Below are positions 29,666-38,626 of a DNA stretch of 64,000 nt, one piece after another (positions within the stretch are counted from its first letter, which is position 1; each line of letters starts with the position of its first letter). This stretch comes from a virus. The notes beneath the pieces were generated by a model, which searched no databases, was not told where the DNA came from, and saw nothing but the letters and a program-made list of their open reading frames with translations. The DNA lies in IMG/VR virus record IMGVR_UViG_3300030343_000012, one strand, 5' to 3'. A program made the position numbers and the translations under genes.

Positions 29666-29873
29666 ACGTCTCTCTTATTTTTACTATTTTAATTGTTAAG
29701 GAATCCTTAGTGTGATTTAGAGTATCCCTAACTAAAGAATCTCTAATTATTTCTTTATTAGAAGGGACACTCTGTATATTATTATTTAATTGTTCTATAC
29801 GTACAATTATAAATAAAATTCCTACAATTATAAATAGTTTAATCAACCAACTTAGAACCGTTTTCAATTGCAT
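29556..29873 (-). CDS. hypothetical membrane protein (N-terminal TM)
   Basis: LIKLFIIVGILFIIV is a TM segment. Overlaps the previous ORF by ~110 bp, so a frameshift or alternative start is possible. Confidence 0.4.
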   Translation of the reverse strand: MQLKTVLSWLIKLFIIVGILFIIVRIEQLNNNIQSVPSNKEIIRDSLVRDTLNHTKDSLTIKIVKIRETYEDKKAIIMSNDTSADIQFFTNYINHYNNSGTTENN

Positions 29874-30393
29874 CTACTAGGGTCTTTGTCTTATCAATAA
29901 CTCCCTGCACATCTACCCCTCTAGACATTAAGGTTAATATCGCTTGTTCTGCAGGAGAGGCACTCTGAATGTATTCTTTCTCCTTCTGAATCTGCTCATA
30001 CTTAGCCTTATTAGCATTGTAATCCTTAATAACTATCTCAGGATTCTTGATAAAGTGATTAATTTTCTCAGTCAGAAGTGCATCAATACACTCTTTAGTA
30101 ATTACACCACCTTTACCAATAAACCAACAAGGATCTCCTGCAAGAGCTTTCTTATAAGCTTGTTCCTTACCAAAAGTGAGATTGAACTCATCTTCTGGAT
30201 TGTATACTGCAATGCCGATAGATATAGCTCGTACAATCTCGAAAGAATCCTCAACACCTGGAATATTCCAAGTTGCAGTAAGACCTTCCTTCACTGGCAT
30301 ACTTACAGCACAAGCAACTACCAATCTTTCAACACCCTTAAAGTCAACAAACTGACCAAGCTTATAACTAGCAATTTCTTTCTTCATTTTCAT
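29839..30393 (-). CDS. hypothetical protein
   Basis: ORF in the array. Confidence 0.5.
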   Translation of the reverse strand: MKMKKEIASYKLGQFVDFKGVERLVVACAVSMPVKEGLTATWNIPGVEDSFEIVRAISIGIAVYNPEDEFNLTFGKEQAYKKALAGDPCWFIGKGGVITKECIDALLTEKINHFIKNPEIVIKDYNANKAKYEQIQKEKEYIQSASPAEQAILTLMSRGVDVQGVIDKTKTLVDAIENGSKLVD

Positions 30394-30668
30394 TTACTAT
30401 TAATTAGTGTATAACCCTCTTTAATTAAGTAGGATTCTGGAGCAAATTCCAGAGTTAAAAATCTAATAAAATACTCATCTGCTTTTTTCTTCCTATTTAT
30501 AAAGTCTTTCTTTTTAAGTTTCAAAGGTTTATTAGTACTATATTGTTTTTCTTCAAATAAAGAAATCCCACCTTTAAATACCTTATAGATAGAATCTTCA
30601 TAAATAAAAGAATTATGTGTTTGAACTATCTGACCTTCCTTCTCGTAAATCGCTACTGAAGTTGTCAT
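30390..30668 (-). CDS. hypothetical protein
   Basis: ORF in the array. Confidence 0.45.
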   Translation of the reverse strand: MTTSVAIYEKEGQIVQTHNSFIYEDSIYKVFKGGISLFEEKQYSTNKPLKLKKKDFINRKKKADEYFIRFLTLEFAPESYLIKEGYTLINSK

Positions 30669-31122
30669 ATATTAAATTAATTATATATTTAATAAACTTA
30701 TTTTTAGCAATTTCATAAAAAGAGTTCCAAATATTATTAGTATAGAAGTTGTATATATCTTGTGAAGTGACATTACTATAATGAAAATATTCTTCATCAC
30801 TATATTCACCTACATTAATTTTATATGTATCCTTAATAGGTTTAGCCTCTAGACATATATGATATACTGAATCATTTAAGTCTTCAAAATCATCAGGATA
30901 GCCATCATCTTCATAGCAAGGTTCTGAAACTAATACTTCAAATGGAATATCTTCTCTTTCAAGTATTTCTGCTATTACATAGGCTATATAACAACAACCA
31001 CCAGAGTTTGTATGATATATTGTATTCAAACAATCACACAAACTATTTATTTTATTAAATAGGTCTGAATAATTATCTTCCGACTTCTTTATAGATCTCC
31101 TCTTGAATTTGCTTGAAAACAT
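30613..31122 (-). CDS. hypothetical protein
   Basis: ORF in the array. Confidence 0.45.
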   Translation of the reverse strand: MFSSKFKRRSIKKSEDNYSDLFNKINSLCDCLNTIYHTNSGGCCYIAYVIAEILEREDIPFEVLVSEPCYEDDGYPDDFEDLNDSVYHICLEAKPIKDTYKINVGEYSDEEYFHYSNVTSQDIYNFYTNNIWNSFYEIAKNKFIKYIINLIYDNFSSDLREGRSDSSNT

Positions 31123-31348
31123 TTAAATATTCTTTCAAGGTCGTAATCTCATCTTTTCCATATTTGCTATTAATAGCATATCTAATTATTCTACCAATAG
31201 CAGAATCTAAAGGCATACCATAGCCCTCTAATTGAAATTCTTCTCTGGGATTGGTTTTACTATTCACTTTTCTAAGCAAATACAAATCCCATAATGGAGA
31301 ATTATCATTTATTGGTTCAATTCGATAAAAATTACCTTGAATTATCAT
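31073..31348 (-). CDS. hypothetical protein
   Basis: ORF in the array. Confidence 0.45.
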   Translation of the reverse strand: MIIQGNFYRIEPINDNSPLWDLYLLRKVNSKTNPREEFQLEGYGMPLDSAIGRIIRYAINSKYGKDEITTLKEYLNVFKQIQEEIYKEVGR

Positions 31349-31603
31349 TTAAATATCGCGATTAAGCATTTTGAAGAATTTGGAAACTGGATTAGAACCT
31401 GCTAAATTAGAACCATCATGACACCAAATAGTTAATAATACACCAAATACTATTACTTCTATGATGTTAAGTACAGGAACAAATAACAGTAGTAATGCTA
31501 TTATAAATACGTAGAGAGGAATCCCTACCTTTGGCTTTAAATCTATGACAAGCATAAATTCAATAGCTGCCACAACTAAACAGAATATAAATAAACCAAA
31601 CAT
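31349..31603 (-). CDS. small membrane protein (2-3 TM; holin-like topology)
   Basis: 84 aa, almost entirely hydrophobic helices. Confidence 0.45.
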   Translation of the reverse strand: MFGLFIFCLVVAAIEFMLVIDLKPKVGIPLYVFIIALLLLFVPVLNIIEVIVFGVLLTIWCHDGSNLAGSNPVSKFFKMLNRDI

Positions 31604-31609
31604 AATAAA

Positions 31610-32389
31610 TTAATTATCAAGTCCTACTAATGTTGATGAGTTACCTGTAACCTTAGGAAGATGTCCGTCCCAAGCTTCAATCCACTGCTTCTTAACAAGC
31701 AATGGTGTAAGAGAAGCATTTACAATGGCATTAGCTTTAGCTTCTGCTTCAGCTACTACAATCTTCTTCTTTGCCTCTGCTTCAGCTACTTGTACTTCAT
31801 TAGCTGCTTTCTGTGCTAACTGAATAGCTCTATTCTTAGCATCTACAGCTTCTACAATAGTCTTAGGATATTGCAAACCACTAGTAAACTGGTCAAGTAC
31901 AAATCCTTCCTTGTCAAGAAGTTTAGAAAGACGCTTCTCAATCGCTTGTTCTACAGCTTCACGATTTGACACAATCTGGTCTGTAGTAAATTTATTAATC
32001 TCAATGCGGCAAGCATCCTTTACATACTTAAATACAGGACCATTAATCACATCAGTTAATTCTTTGCGATACTTACGAAATACTTTTGGAGCAGCACCAT
32101 CCTTAACTTTAAGATTGACATTTGGATCAACTTTAAATTCGGAACCGTCCTTAGCATTAATTGTAAATGGTTCATAATCAATAGTCTGAACGTAAGTAGG
32201 ATACTCATATACTTCTTGAGTAGCTGGATTATAGAATACTCGTCCAGTTACCATAGATACATCATCTACACCTCTTTCAGAGCCATAGAGATTAACTAAG
32301 ATACCTTCACAACCAGCATCAATACGTTCACAACTAGTAAAGCTTAATGATAACATTAAAGCACTCGCAAATAAAAAGACTTTTCTCAT
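31610..32389 (-). CDS. SPFH/band-7 (prohibitin-like) lipoprotein
   Basis: Lipobox LSFTSC signal and an Ala/Glu-rich C-terminal stretch QLAQKAANEVQVAEAEAKKKIVVAEAEAKANAI typical of SPFH proteins. Confidence 0.55.
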   Translation of the reverse strand: MRKVFLFASALMLSLSFTSCERIDAGCEGILVNLYGSERGVDDVSMVTGRVFYNPATQEVYEYPTYVQTIDYEPFTINAKDGSEFKVDPNVNLKVKDGAAPKVFRKYRKELTDVINGPVFKYVKDACRIEINKFTTDQIVSNREAVEQAIEKRLSKLLDKEGFVLDQFTSGLQYPKTIVEAVDAKNRAIQLAQKAANEVQVAEAEAKKKIVVAEAEAKANAIVNASLTPLLVKKQWIEAWDGHLPKVTGNSSTLVGLDN

Positions 32390-32613
32390 TTAAATAAACT
32401 TTTTAATTTATCAACACTTTCAACAACTAAGGTAACTACTAACACAGCCATAGTTGCTAATATTAGCATACCCATAATGCAACAAAATGTACTCTCACTA
32501 CTAATTAAGTAAGTACACATACTTATTAAGTATATCATAGCTATAAAACCAATGACATATTTAATAACTTTAAAAACCAATTTATACTTTCTCAAGAATT
32601 TTGGGGTTTCCAT
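32386..32613 (-). CDS. small membrane protein (2 TM)
   Basis: Hydrophobic 75-aa ORF. Confidence 0.45.
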   Translation of the reverse strand: METPKFLRKYKLVFKVIKYVIGFIAMIYLISMCTYLISSESTFCCIMGMLILATMAVLVVTLVVESVDKLKSLFK

Positions 32614-32877
32614 AAAATATAATGTTTTCTTTCAGTAAACCAATTATACCAAATAATTATCTTATCTTGTTGTATGTCTATATAAGGATTTAGTAATATA
32701 AGACATACTAGAACAATAATTAAGATAATCATCGAGTCTTTACTGAACCTGGTTTAGTTGTTGCCTTCTGTACTGAAGCTGGTAATTTTGACCACCAATT
32801 CTGCTTCATCTGTAACCACTCACGCTTATGCTTTGCTTTCATTTTCAAATTAATTAGAATATTTAATTGTAATCTAA

Positions 32878-33297
32878 CTAATCTGCAAAATGACTAGCTT
32901 CCACAGCCAATCTATCTGCTAGATTATTATATTCATCTATGTTATGTCCTTTTGTCCATTCAAATTTTATATCTGAACAAAATTCTTTAGCTCTATTATA
33001 TACCTTGTCAAATAGCTGCCAATAATTCTGATTCTTCTTGCGCTTCCATCCTTTATTGATACATCCTAGAACGTATTGTGAATCAGATACCACAGTAATG
33101 GAATCAAAGTTTGTACTAATGGCATGTAAAGCATAAATAACAGCCATTATCTCCATTTGATTATTAGTTACATTTTTGAAGTGTTTATTAAATTGATAAA
33201 TTACTTCATTATCTTTAATAAATACAACTCCAACACCTCCATTACCTGTAGACACTTGACAAGCTCCATCTGTATATATGGTTAATAATTTCCCCAT
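32878..33297 (-). CDS. rnhA: ribonuclease H (RNase HI)
   Basis: YTDGACQ...GGVGVV, EIMAVIYAL, SDSQYV and a C-terminal HNIDEYNNLADRLA catalytic-site pattern. Confidence 0.85.
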   Translation of the reverse strand: MGKLLTIYTDGACQVSTGNGGVGVVFIKDNEVIYQFNKHFKNVTNNQMEIMAVIYALHAISTNFDSITVVSDSQYVLGCINKGWKRKKNQNYWQLFDKVYNRAKEFCSDIKFEWTKGHNIDEYNNLADRLAVEASHFAD

Positions 33298-33665
33298 GAT
33301 TCTACTACGAAGTCAAGAGTTAAATTACCATATAAATAAGTTACTTTAAATGGACCTGAGGCTATACCCTGATAATTACTTTTAGGGTTTTTATGTACTT
33401 CTTTAATTACATCATCTAGTAATTTTTCTGCACAGCAATACAAATCGTAAACATTGGGTACCCTGAGTTCATGCTTTGTAAGTATTTTCCAAGGTTCATA
33501 TCCAATGATTTCTGGCTCCTCTTCATTCTTATAGATAGGCAAACATGGAGAAGCCATAATCATAGCTACTTGTTCAAAATGAAAATTACTCAGAATATCC
33601 TTTTTTTGGTCTTCTAAGCTACCTCTGTAGGCATCTTCCGAATTAATTACTTTTGGTTCTAACAT
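33282..33665 (-). CDS. hypothetical protein
   Basis: ORF in the array. Confidence 0.5.
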   Translation of the reverse strand: MLEPKVINSEDAYRGSLEDQKKDILSNFHFEQVAMIMASPCLPIYKNEEEPEIIGYEPWKILTKHELRVPNVYDLYCCAEKLLDDVIKEVHKNPKSNYQGIASGPFKVTYLYGNLTLDFVVESWGNY

Positions 33666-33702
33666 AAATAAATAAAAAGAGCTACCCCTTTCAGAGTAGC
33701 TT
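33664..33702 (-). terminator. rho-independent terminator (GAGCTAC/GTAGCTT hairpin plus T-rich run on the minus strand)
   Basis: Hairpin at 33679-33702 with the T-run complement at 33664-33678, immediately downstream of the lipoprotein gene. Confidence 0.55.
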
Positions 33703-33973
33703 AATCAGGACACACCATAGAAAATGATGTGCTATCTACAGAATTTACAGTATCAACTTTAACAGAATCTACTGTATCACAAGTATCGACAAATGTAGAA
33801 TCTACACTGCCTGTTGTCCTAGAACAACCATTACCACAACTTGAACAGAGGGCAATGATTGCGAAAGCAAAAACAAATAATTTCTTCATAATTAAATAAA
33901 TTAAATTAAATAATAAAGGGTGGAGAGTTTCTCCACCCCTTGATTGTAGGAAATCAACCTCCCGATTTCTCAT
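33701..33973 (-). CDS. small lipoprotein with VD(S/T) repeats; true start probably MKKLFVF at ~33889
   Basis: Lipobox ALCSSC. The N-terminal 28 codons of the listed ORF translate the upstream terminator hairpin, so the real start is the internal Met. Confidence 0.5.
   Translation of the reverse strand: MRNREVDFLQSRGGETLHPLLFNLIYLIMKKLFVFAFAIIALCSSCGNGCSRTTGSVDSTFVDTCDTVDSVKVDTVNSVDSTSFSMVCPD
33903..33937 (-). terminator. rho-independent terminator (GGGTGGAG/CTCCACCC hairpin plus T-rich run on the minus strand)
   Basis: 8-bp GC-rich stem at 33917-33937 with a 5-nt loop, followed on the minus strand by TTTATTATTTA. Confidence 0.7.
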
Positions 33974-34079
33974 CTTGAAAAGTATAGGAATTAAAAGTCA
34001 CTATAATCTTAATTATAGAAGCACCTACAGTTTAAAGAAACATAGGACAAACTAAAGAATATCATAAGGATTAGCAGCA

Positions 34080-34141
34080 TAGACTTAGAATGTGTCTTAG
34101 CTTTAGACTCGTTCCCACGACTTAGACTTAGACTTAGACCA
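34080..34141. repeat. short direct repeats of ACTTAG/TTAGAC (3 tandem copies at 34121-34140 plus dispersed copies) in a 343-bp intergenic region
   Basis: The region reads catagacttagaatgtgtcttagctttagactcgttcccacgacttagacttagacttagacc. A second repeated word, ATATGTGG, occurs at ~34200 and ~34225. Confidence 0.6.
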
Positions 34142-34316
34142 AGTAACACCGCATAACATTTTTAGCCCTATTATGTTTTAGGTGATACTTATAAATAAAA
34201 ATATGTGTGGAAACGACCATTAAACATACCTAATATGTGGTATTGCGACAATCCCGCAACAAATTATATTATTCCTGTAATATATTTAATGCTAATCCTT
34301 AATCTATTCTTATTAA

Positions 34317-35213
34317 TTACTCAGTAAGTAAAGCCTTAATAGACTTATATGTTTCCATCAAAGAATCCGGAACATTAATTTTAAGTTTACTAATCTTTTC
34401 TTTCTCAGTAATTATATATTGATTAAATCTTGACTGTAAATCTTCATTTTTGTCAAGCCAATCATTATATTCTTTAGAATAAGCAGTTCTAGCTTTCTGA
34501 TACTCCTGCTCATTAGCTATATTCTGTTTATTTGCTTCTTCAATAGCATCAGCTTTAATACTATTAAGTTGAGCATTTAAATTTCTATGTTCAGACATTA
34601 AAGATAAGAACATGCCATCTACATCATCAACATTTACAGAAGGTGTATATTTGTATACTACAGTATCTCTACCGGCTCCACTAATCTTATTTGGTTCAGC
34701 AAGTACCTTACCTAACATTACCTTAGCTCTAGAAACGCTACCACCTTCATGTATAAATTTACCAATAGCAGCAGCTTTAGACTGCAAAGTAAAATATTTA
34801 TTAAGTTCTGTAGCTCCTAAGTTTCTAATTACATCCTCTTTAGTTACTGTAGCCTCTTTACTTGGAGATTTAGGAGCAGGATAATATTCATATTCTGACC
34901 AATCTTGAATACGTGTACTTGATAATTCACCAAGTGCTTCCTCCTTATTTTTAATAGCTTCTTTAAGCCAAGCAATCAAAGAGTTATACCGACCTATTGT
35001 TACTATTTCATCTTGAATCCAAGACACATTTCTAGTACCAATACCTGCATGTATTTCATTATCTGAAGATATAATACTAGTTATGGAAGTATTGTAAAAT
35101 TGAACAGAATTAAGATGTTCTGTTAATCTTGCAATAATTTCGTTAGCTACATTACAAATATTTTGAGCTTCTGTTGATGTAAGAAACCCATCTTTAAAAA
35201 ATACATTATTCAT
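34317..35213 (-). CDS. hypothetical protein
   Basis: ORF in the array. Confidence 0.5.
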   Translation of the reverse strand: MNNVFFKDGFLTSTEAQNICNVANEIIARLTEHLNSVQFYNTSITSIISSDNEIHAGIGTRNVSWIQDEIVTIGRYNSLIAWLKEAIKNKEEALGELSSTRIQDWSEYEYYPAPKSPSKEATVTKEDVIRNLGATELNKYFTLQSKAAAIGKFIHEGGSVSRAKVMLGKVLAEPNKISGAGRDTVVYKYTPSVNVDDVDGMFLSLMSEHRNLNAQLNSIKADAIEEANKQNIANEQEYQKARTAYSKEYNDWLDKNEDLQSRFNQYIITEKEKISKLKINVPDSLMETYKSIKALLTE

Positions 35214-35258
35214 GTTCCTATGATATATAATATTTAATTACTTATTAGTTAATAATTG

Positions 35259-35594
35259 TTAATCAATAAATTCAATAGTATCTACCATTGTATTATACTT
35301 TAATCTACCATCTTCTAATTCTATAATATAATAATAGTCCTCCCAAGTTTCTTCTATACCCTTAAACACACCTACTATATCATGTGATTTACATTTGTGT
35401 CCTATAAAAGGTATTAATTCTTGTACTTGAGAACTACAATCTTTAGCATCCTCTGAACTCTTTATTATTCTCCGAGTTTCAAATATGTATGCAGTTCTAG
35501 CTAATTCAATAGCCTTAATCATTGCATCTTTTTCTTCTAGAGTAGCTTCATCCCAATTAAGGATAAATCCCTCTGAGTTTAATTTAAATATCAT
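35259..35594 (-). CDS. hypothetical protein
   Basis: ORF in the array. Confidence 0.5.
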   Translation of the reverse strand: MIFKLNSEGFILNWDEATLEEKDAMIKAIELARTAYIFETRRIIKSSEDAKDCSSQVQELIPFIGHKCKSHDIVGVFKGIEETWEDYYYIIELEDGRLKYNTMVDTIEFID

Positions 35595-35905
35595 CCGAAA
35601 TTACCTCCTAATGGTTTTTGTGGCGTATCTAAATTATCTATAAGAACTTCTTGTAGTTTAAAAGACTTTCCTTTAACTTCTACATTATTATATACAAAGT
35701 TGTAAAGATAATCAATGGACATAAATCTAGTTGGAGTAGTAATACAATGATCATGTTGAGAATCTTTTTTATACTTTTCAACATGTTTAGTTATATTACC
35801 ATCTTTATATAATCTATAAATTATAGTTCCCTCCCATTCATTTATAGGAGAGATACCTGTGATATATAAATCACTATTATTTAAATGTACCTGTTGTATT
35901 ATCAC
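35591..35905 (-). CDS. hypothetical protein
   Basis: ORF in the array. Confidence 0.5.
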   Translation of the reverse strand: MIIQQVHLNNSDLYITGISPINEWEGTIIYRLYKDGNITKHVEKYKKDSQHDHCITTPTRFMSIDYLYNFVYNNVEVKGKSFKLQEVLIDNLDTPQKPLGGNFG

Positions 35906-36588
35906 TCTAATTGTATTTTTTGAATTTCATTGGATTCCAAACTTTTTATATAATTATATACCCTACTAAGATTCCCTTCACTAAATAGAGTTTTATTACT
36001 AAAGATTAATATCTTATATAGATTTATAGCCTGTATAAAACTTACTTTATTTTCTTTTAGATATTTAGTAAATATAGTATTAAATCCGCAAGATTGCTTA
36101 AAATATTGCATGATTGCTTGTTTAAGACACTTTATTTCTGAATTTGACCAGTAATCTTCTTTCTTTTTAAATATCCTATTTGTTGCAGAATCCTTTATAG
36201 GTCTTGGTATATATAAAGTTTCTGGTAAAATTAATTCATCCTTCTTAACAGCTTCAGCAAATGTTATAGTCGAAGTACTTAACAATTCATTAACTTGTGC
36301 ATAATGTATTATAAAGTCTATAGTATTAGAAGCATTAATTATCATAATCTTAGCACTTCCTCTTATAAATACAGCATAGTTAATGGAATCAAATACAGAA
36401 GATTTAATTATTTGTAATTCCCCAGTACTTTGCTTTGCCATATGGTCTGAATATCTAATCTCTAAGTTTTTATAATAGAAATATAAAGAATTACTAGTCT
36501 GTCCATTGTCTTTTAATGTACAATTAGTCCATAACCATTTTTCAAGTTTGTTCATTTCTTTTAATCTGTTAAGTATTAATCTATACAA
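35902..36588 (-). CDS. hypothetical protein
   Basis: ORF in the array. Confidence 0.5.
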   Translation of the reverse strand: MYRLILNRLKEMNKLEKWLWTNCTLKDNGQTSNSLYFYYKNLEIRYSDHMAKQSTGELQIIKSSVFDSINYAVFIRGSAKIMIINASNTIDFIIHYAQVNELLSTSTITFAEAVKKDELILPETLYIPRPIKDSATNRIFKKKEDYWSNSEIKCLKQAIMQYFKQSCGFNTIFTKYLKENKVSFIQAINLYKILIFSNKTLFSEGNLSRVYNYIKSLESNEIQKIQLE

Positions 36589-36693
36589 AAATAGCTCACC
36601 TAAATTAATAGATGAGCTATATACTACAAGTAGGTTGACTTTGTAATAGGATCTTATTCTCTACCATTACTAGTTCTCTACTTTATTAATTAG

Positions 36694-36777
36694 TTGTCTA
36701 GGAGAGATTCGAACTCCCGAAGCTAAATAGCAGCTGATTTACAGTCAGCCGTGTTTGACCACTTCACATACTAGACA
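36694..36777 (-). tRNA. tRNA-Tyr (anticodon GTA), class II with a long variable arm
   Basis: Folded by hand: acceptor TGTCTAG/CTAGACA, anticodon stem GCTGA/TCAGC with loop CTGTAAA, variable hairpin GCTA-TT-TAGC and T-arm GGGAG-TTCGAAT-CTCTC. Confidence 0.7.
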
Positions 36778-36795
36778 ATAAATTTTTTTATAAGT

Positions 36796-36864
36796 TGCGG
36801 ATGTTCGATTCGAACGACTACTCTAGGTTATGAGCCTAGTATGTTACCATTACACCACATCCGC
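36796..36864 (-). tRNA. tRNA-Met-like (anticodon CAT; could be initiator, elongator or Ile-lysidine type) with a shortened T-stem
   Basis: Acceptor GCGGATG/CATCCGC, D-stem GTGT/ACAT and anticodon stem CTAGG/CCTAG with loop CTCATAA. The T-loop TTCGAAT is flanked by only a 3-bp stem, giving 69 nt in total. Confidence 0.45.
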
Positions 36865-37043
36865 GATATATTGTTTTAAAGAATTTTCGGCGGAGCAAAG
36901 TCTTTAAGTACCATCTATCGATGACTTTTTATAAGGTTCTCTTAACCTTCGACATGACTATATTATGAGTAACGTTACCTCTCTTTTCAATGCCCCTTGA
37001 GTTAAAATACTTCTTTGGTACATGCTCCATATTAAATATAAAG

Positions 37044-37115
37044 AGCTTCAAGTAGGATTTGAACCCACGACCTGCACTTTACAAGAGTGCTGCACTACCA
37101 CTGTGCTATTGAAGC
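37044..37115 (-). tRNA. tRNA-Thr (anticodon TGT)
   Basis: Acceptor GCTTCAA/TTGAAGC, D-stem GCAC/GTGC, anticodon stem GCACT/AGTGC with loop CTTGTAA, and T-arm GTGGG-TTCAAAT-CCTAC. Confidence 0.8.
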
Positions 37116-37260
37116 TAAAATAAAGACGAATATGGCATTAGACGGGTGAACTATCATGACCATATTCTAATAATACATTGAGCTATCAGGCATACTCGTG
37201 GATCACCACCGCTACCTCTAACAACCGCCTAGTTAAATGCTAGGTCCTCTCCATTATTTG

Positions 37261-37333
37261 TGGACCGTGTCGGACTTGAACCGCAATGATTGCTTGCAAA
37301 GCAATAGTGTTAGCCAGTTACACTACACAGCCC
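37261..37333 (-). tRNA. tRNA-Ala (anticodon TGC) with G3:U70 pair and a shortened T-stem
   Basis: Acceptor GGGCTGT/ACGGTCC includes a G3-T70 wobble, the Ala identity element. D-stem GTGT/ACAC, anticodon stem ATTGC/GCAAT with loop TTTGCAA. T-loop TTCAAGT has a 3-bp stem and there is one extra nucleotide in the 8-9 linker. Confidence 0.5.
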
Positions 37334-37349
37334 ATTTCTAGTATTTTTG

Positions 37350-37426
37350 CGGAATATAAGGGACTCGAACCCTTAGTTTTACTAGAGTGACAGTCTAGTT
37401 CCCTTACCAACAGGGCTTAATACTCC
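37350..37426 (-). tRNA. tRNA-Asp (anticodon GTC)
   Basis: Acceptor GGAGTAT/ATATTCC (one G-U), anticodon stem CTAGA/TCTAG with loop CTGTCAC, and T-arm AAGGG-TTCGAGT-CCCTT. Confidence 0.65.
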
Positions 37427-37717
37427 AGGCGCCTCTTGTGTACACATTTCTTTTCGAGAAGGTAATGAACCTTAGAAATAAGAGGCATATATTTAAATTT
37501 ACTCTTCCAACATCAGTAAGTACCCATTTGGCACTTACTAGTAGAAATCTAATTAGATTACTGTAAAAGGCAATACTCGATAATCTCTAACATCATACCA
37601 AGCTGCTACAGTTTTCATTCCTTTCCACCATGATTTGATAATTCTTTTCATACAGTTTAAAATTTAATTGTTAATTAAATAATCTAATTGTATAGAAGGA
37701 AGAAGAAGTAAACATCG

Positions 37718-37789
37718 TGCAGAAAACCGGATTCGAACCGACAAATCCTGCTTGGAAGGCAGGCATGTTACCATTAACACCATTTCTGC
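37718..37789 (-). tRNA. tRNA-Gly (anticodon TCC)
   Basis: Acceptor GCAGAAA/TTTCTGC, D-stem GTGT/ACAT, anticodon stem CCTGC/GCAGG with loop CTTCCAA, and T-arm GTCGG-TTCGAAT-CCGGT. Confidence 0.75.
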
Positions 37790-38079
37790 ATTAAAAATTC
37801 ATTTATTAACTTAACAAGTCAACAGTATATTGAATTACTGAAATTAAATAGTTAATAAATATTAAATATATATTTATAGTAATACCCATATAGATAGTCT
37901 TTGCCTTAAACGGCAAGTTCTCTACGAGAACAATATAAGAGCATTTCCTTCTCTCCAAGTTAAGAAATGTTAAAAATTCTAAACAGAGATTAAGAAATGC
38001 TCTCCACCTAAATAATCACACTACTTTACAGATGGATGACTATTTGTAGGTGTTGTCTCACTAAAATAATTATCTGTTT

Positions 38080-38472
38080 TCATAATTTAATCTTGTTAAT
38101 AAATTCATTATATTTATCAATAAATTCTTGCTCTGTAATTATATCGCCTCTATTAGCCAAAGTTAAAGATTCTTCGCAATATGAAATAGAACCAAATTTG
38201 TTAGATTCTCTCAAGTGTAATTCTAGAACAGTACAGTTACATTCATTAACCGAAATGATTTTATACCAATACATGTCTTCACCATAATCACAATATCTAT
38301 ATCTATTTTTGGATAATTCAGCCTTCAATATTGTATCTTGTATCTCACTTTGTTTAACTAATAGGTCAGCTATCTGTTTACTTATATCTTTTAAAGTTTC
38401 AGAATTAGTCATTAAATAACTTTTCAATAGATTTCTTATAATCTGAATTCTTATGTACGAAATACAGAGCAC
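38080..38472 (-). CDS. hypothetical protein
   Basis: ORF in the array. Confidence 0.45.
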   Translation of the reverse strand: MLCISYIRIQIIRNLLKSYLMTNSETLKDISKQIADLLVKQSEIQDTILKAELSKNRYRYCDYGEDMYWYKIISVNECNCTVLELHLRESNKFGSISYCEESLTLANRGDIITEQEFIDKYNEFINKIKL

Positions 38473-38626
38473 ATATAGTATTTATTAGAGGGCATAATAC
38501 TATAAATAAAGTTAGCAAATTTATTTCTACTTTCTTAAGGTCCATGCGATAACTAATGTAGAAGCAACTTGCAAGATATATTACTATGCAAATAAGTCCT
38601 ATAATAAGTAACTCTCCAAAACTCAT
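38405..38626 (-). CDS. small membrane protein (2 TM)
   Basis: Hydrophobic 73-aa ORF whose start overlaps the PurA-like stop. Confidence 0.4.
   Translation of the reverse strand: MSFGELLIIGLICIVIYLASCFYISYRMDLKKVEINLLTLFIVLCPLINTICALYFVHKNSDYKKSIEKLFND

Noticed and set aside
33750-33860. Repeated GTATC(A/G)AC/TCTAC words inside 33701..33889
   Set aside because: These are coding repeats that encode VD(S/T) peptide repeats of the small lipoprotein, not a separate DNA element.
37120-37200. Possible seventh tRNA (minus-strand GCCTGATAGCTCAATG... resembling a tRNA 5' end)
   Set aside because: No complementary acceptor 3' strand, D-stem partner or T-loop could be found. It is probably a spacer, or a decayed tRNA at best.
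38036-38287. Plus-strand ORF antisense to 38080..38472
   Set aside because: Antisense to a minus-strand ORF that fits the array; the protein is low-complexity.
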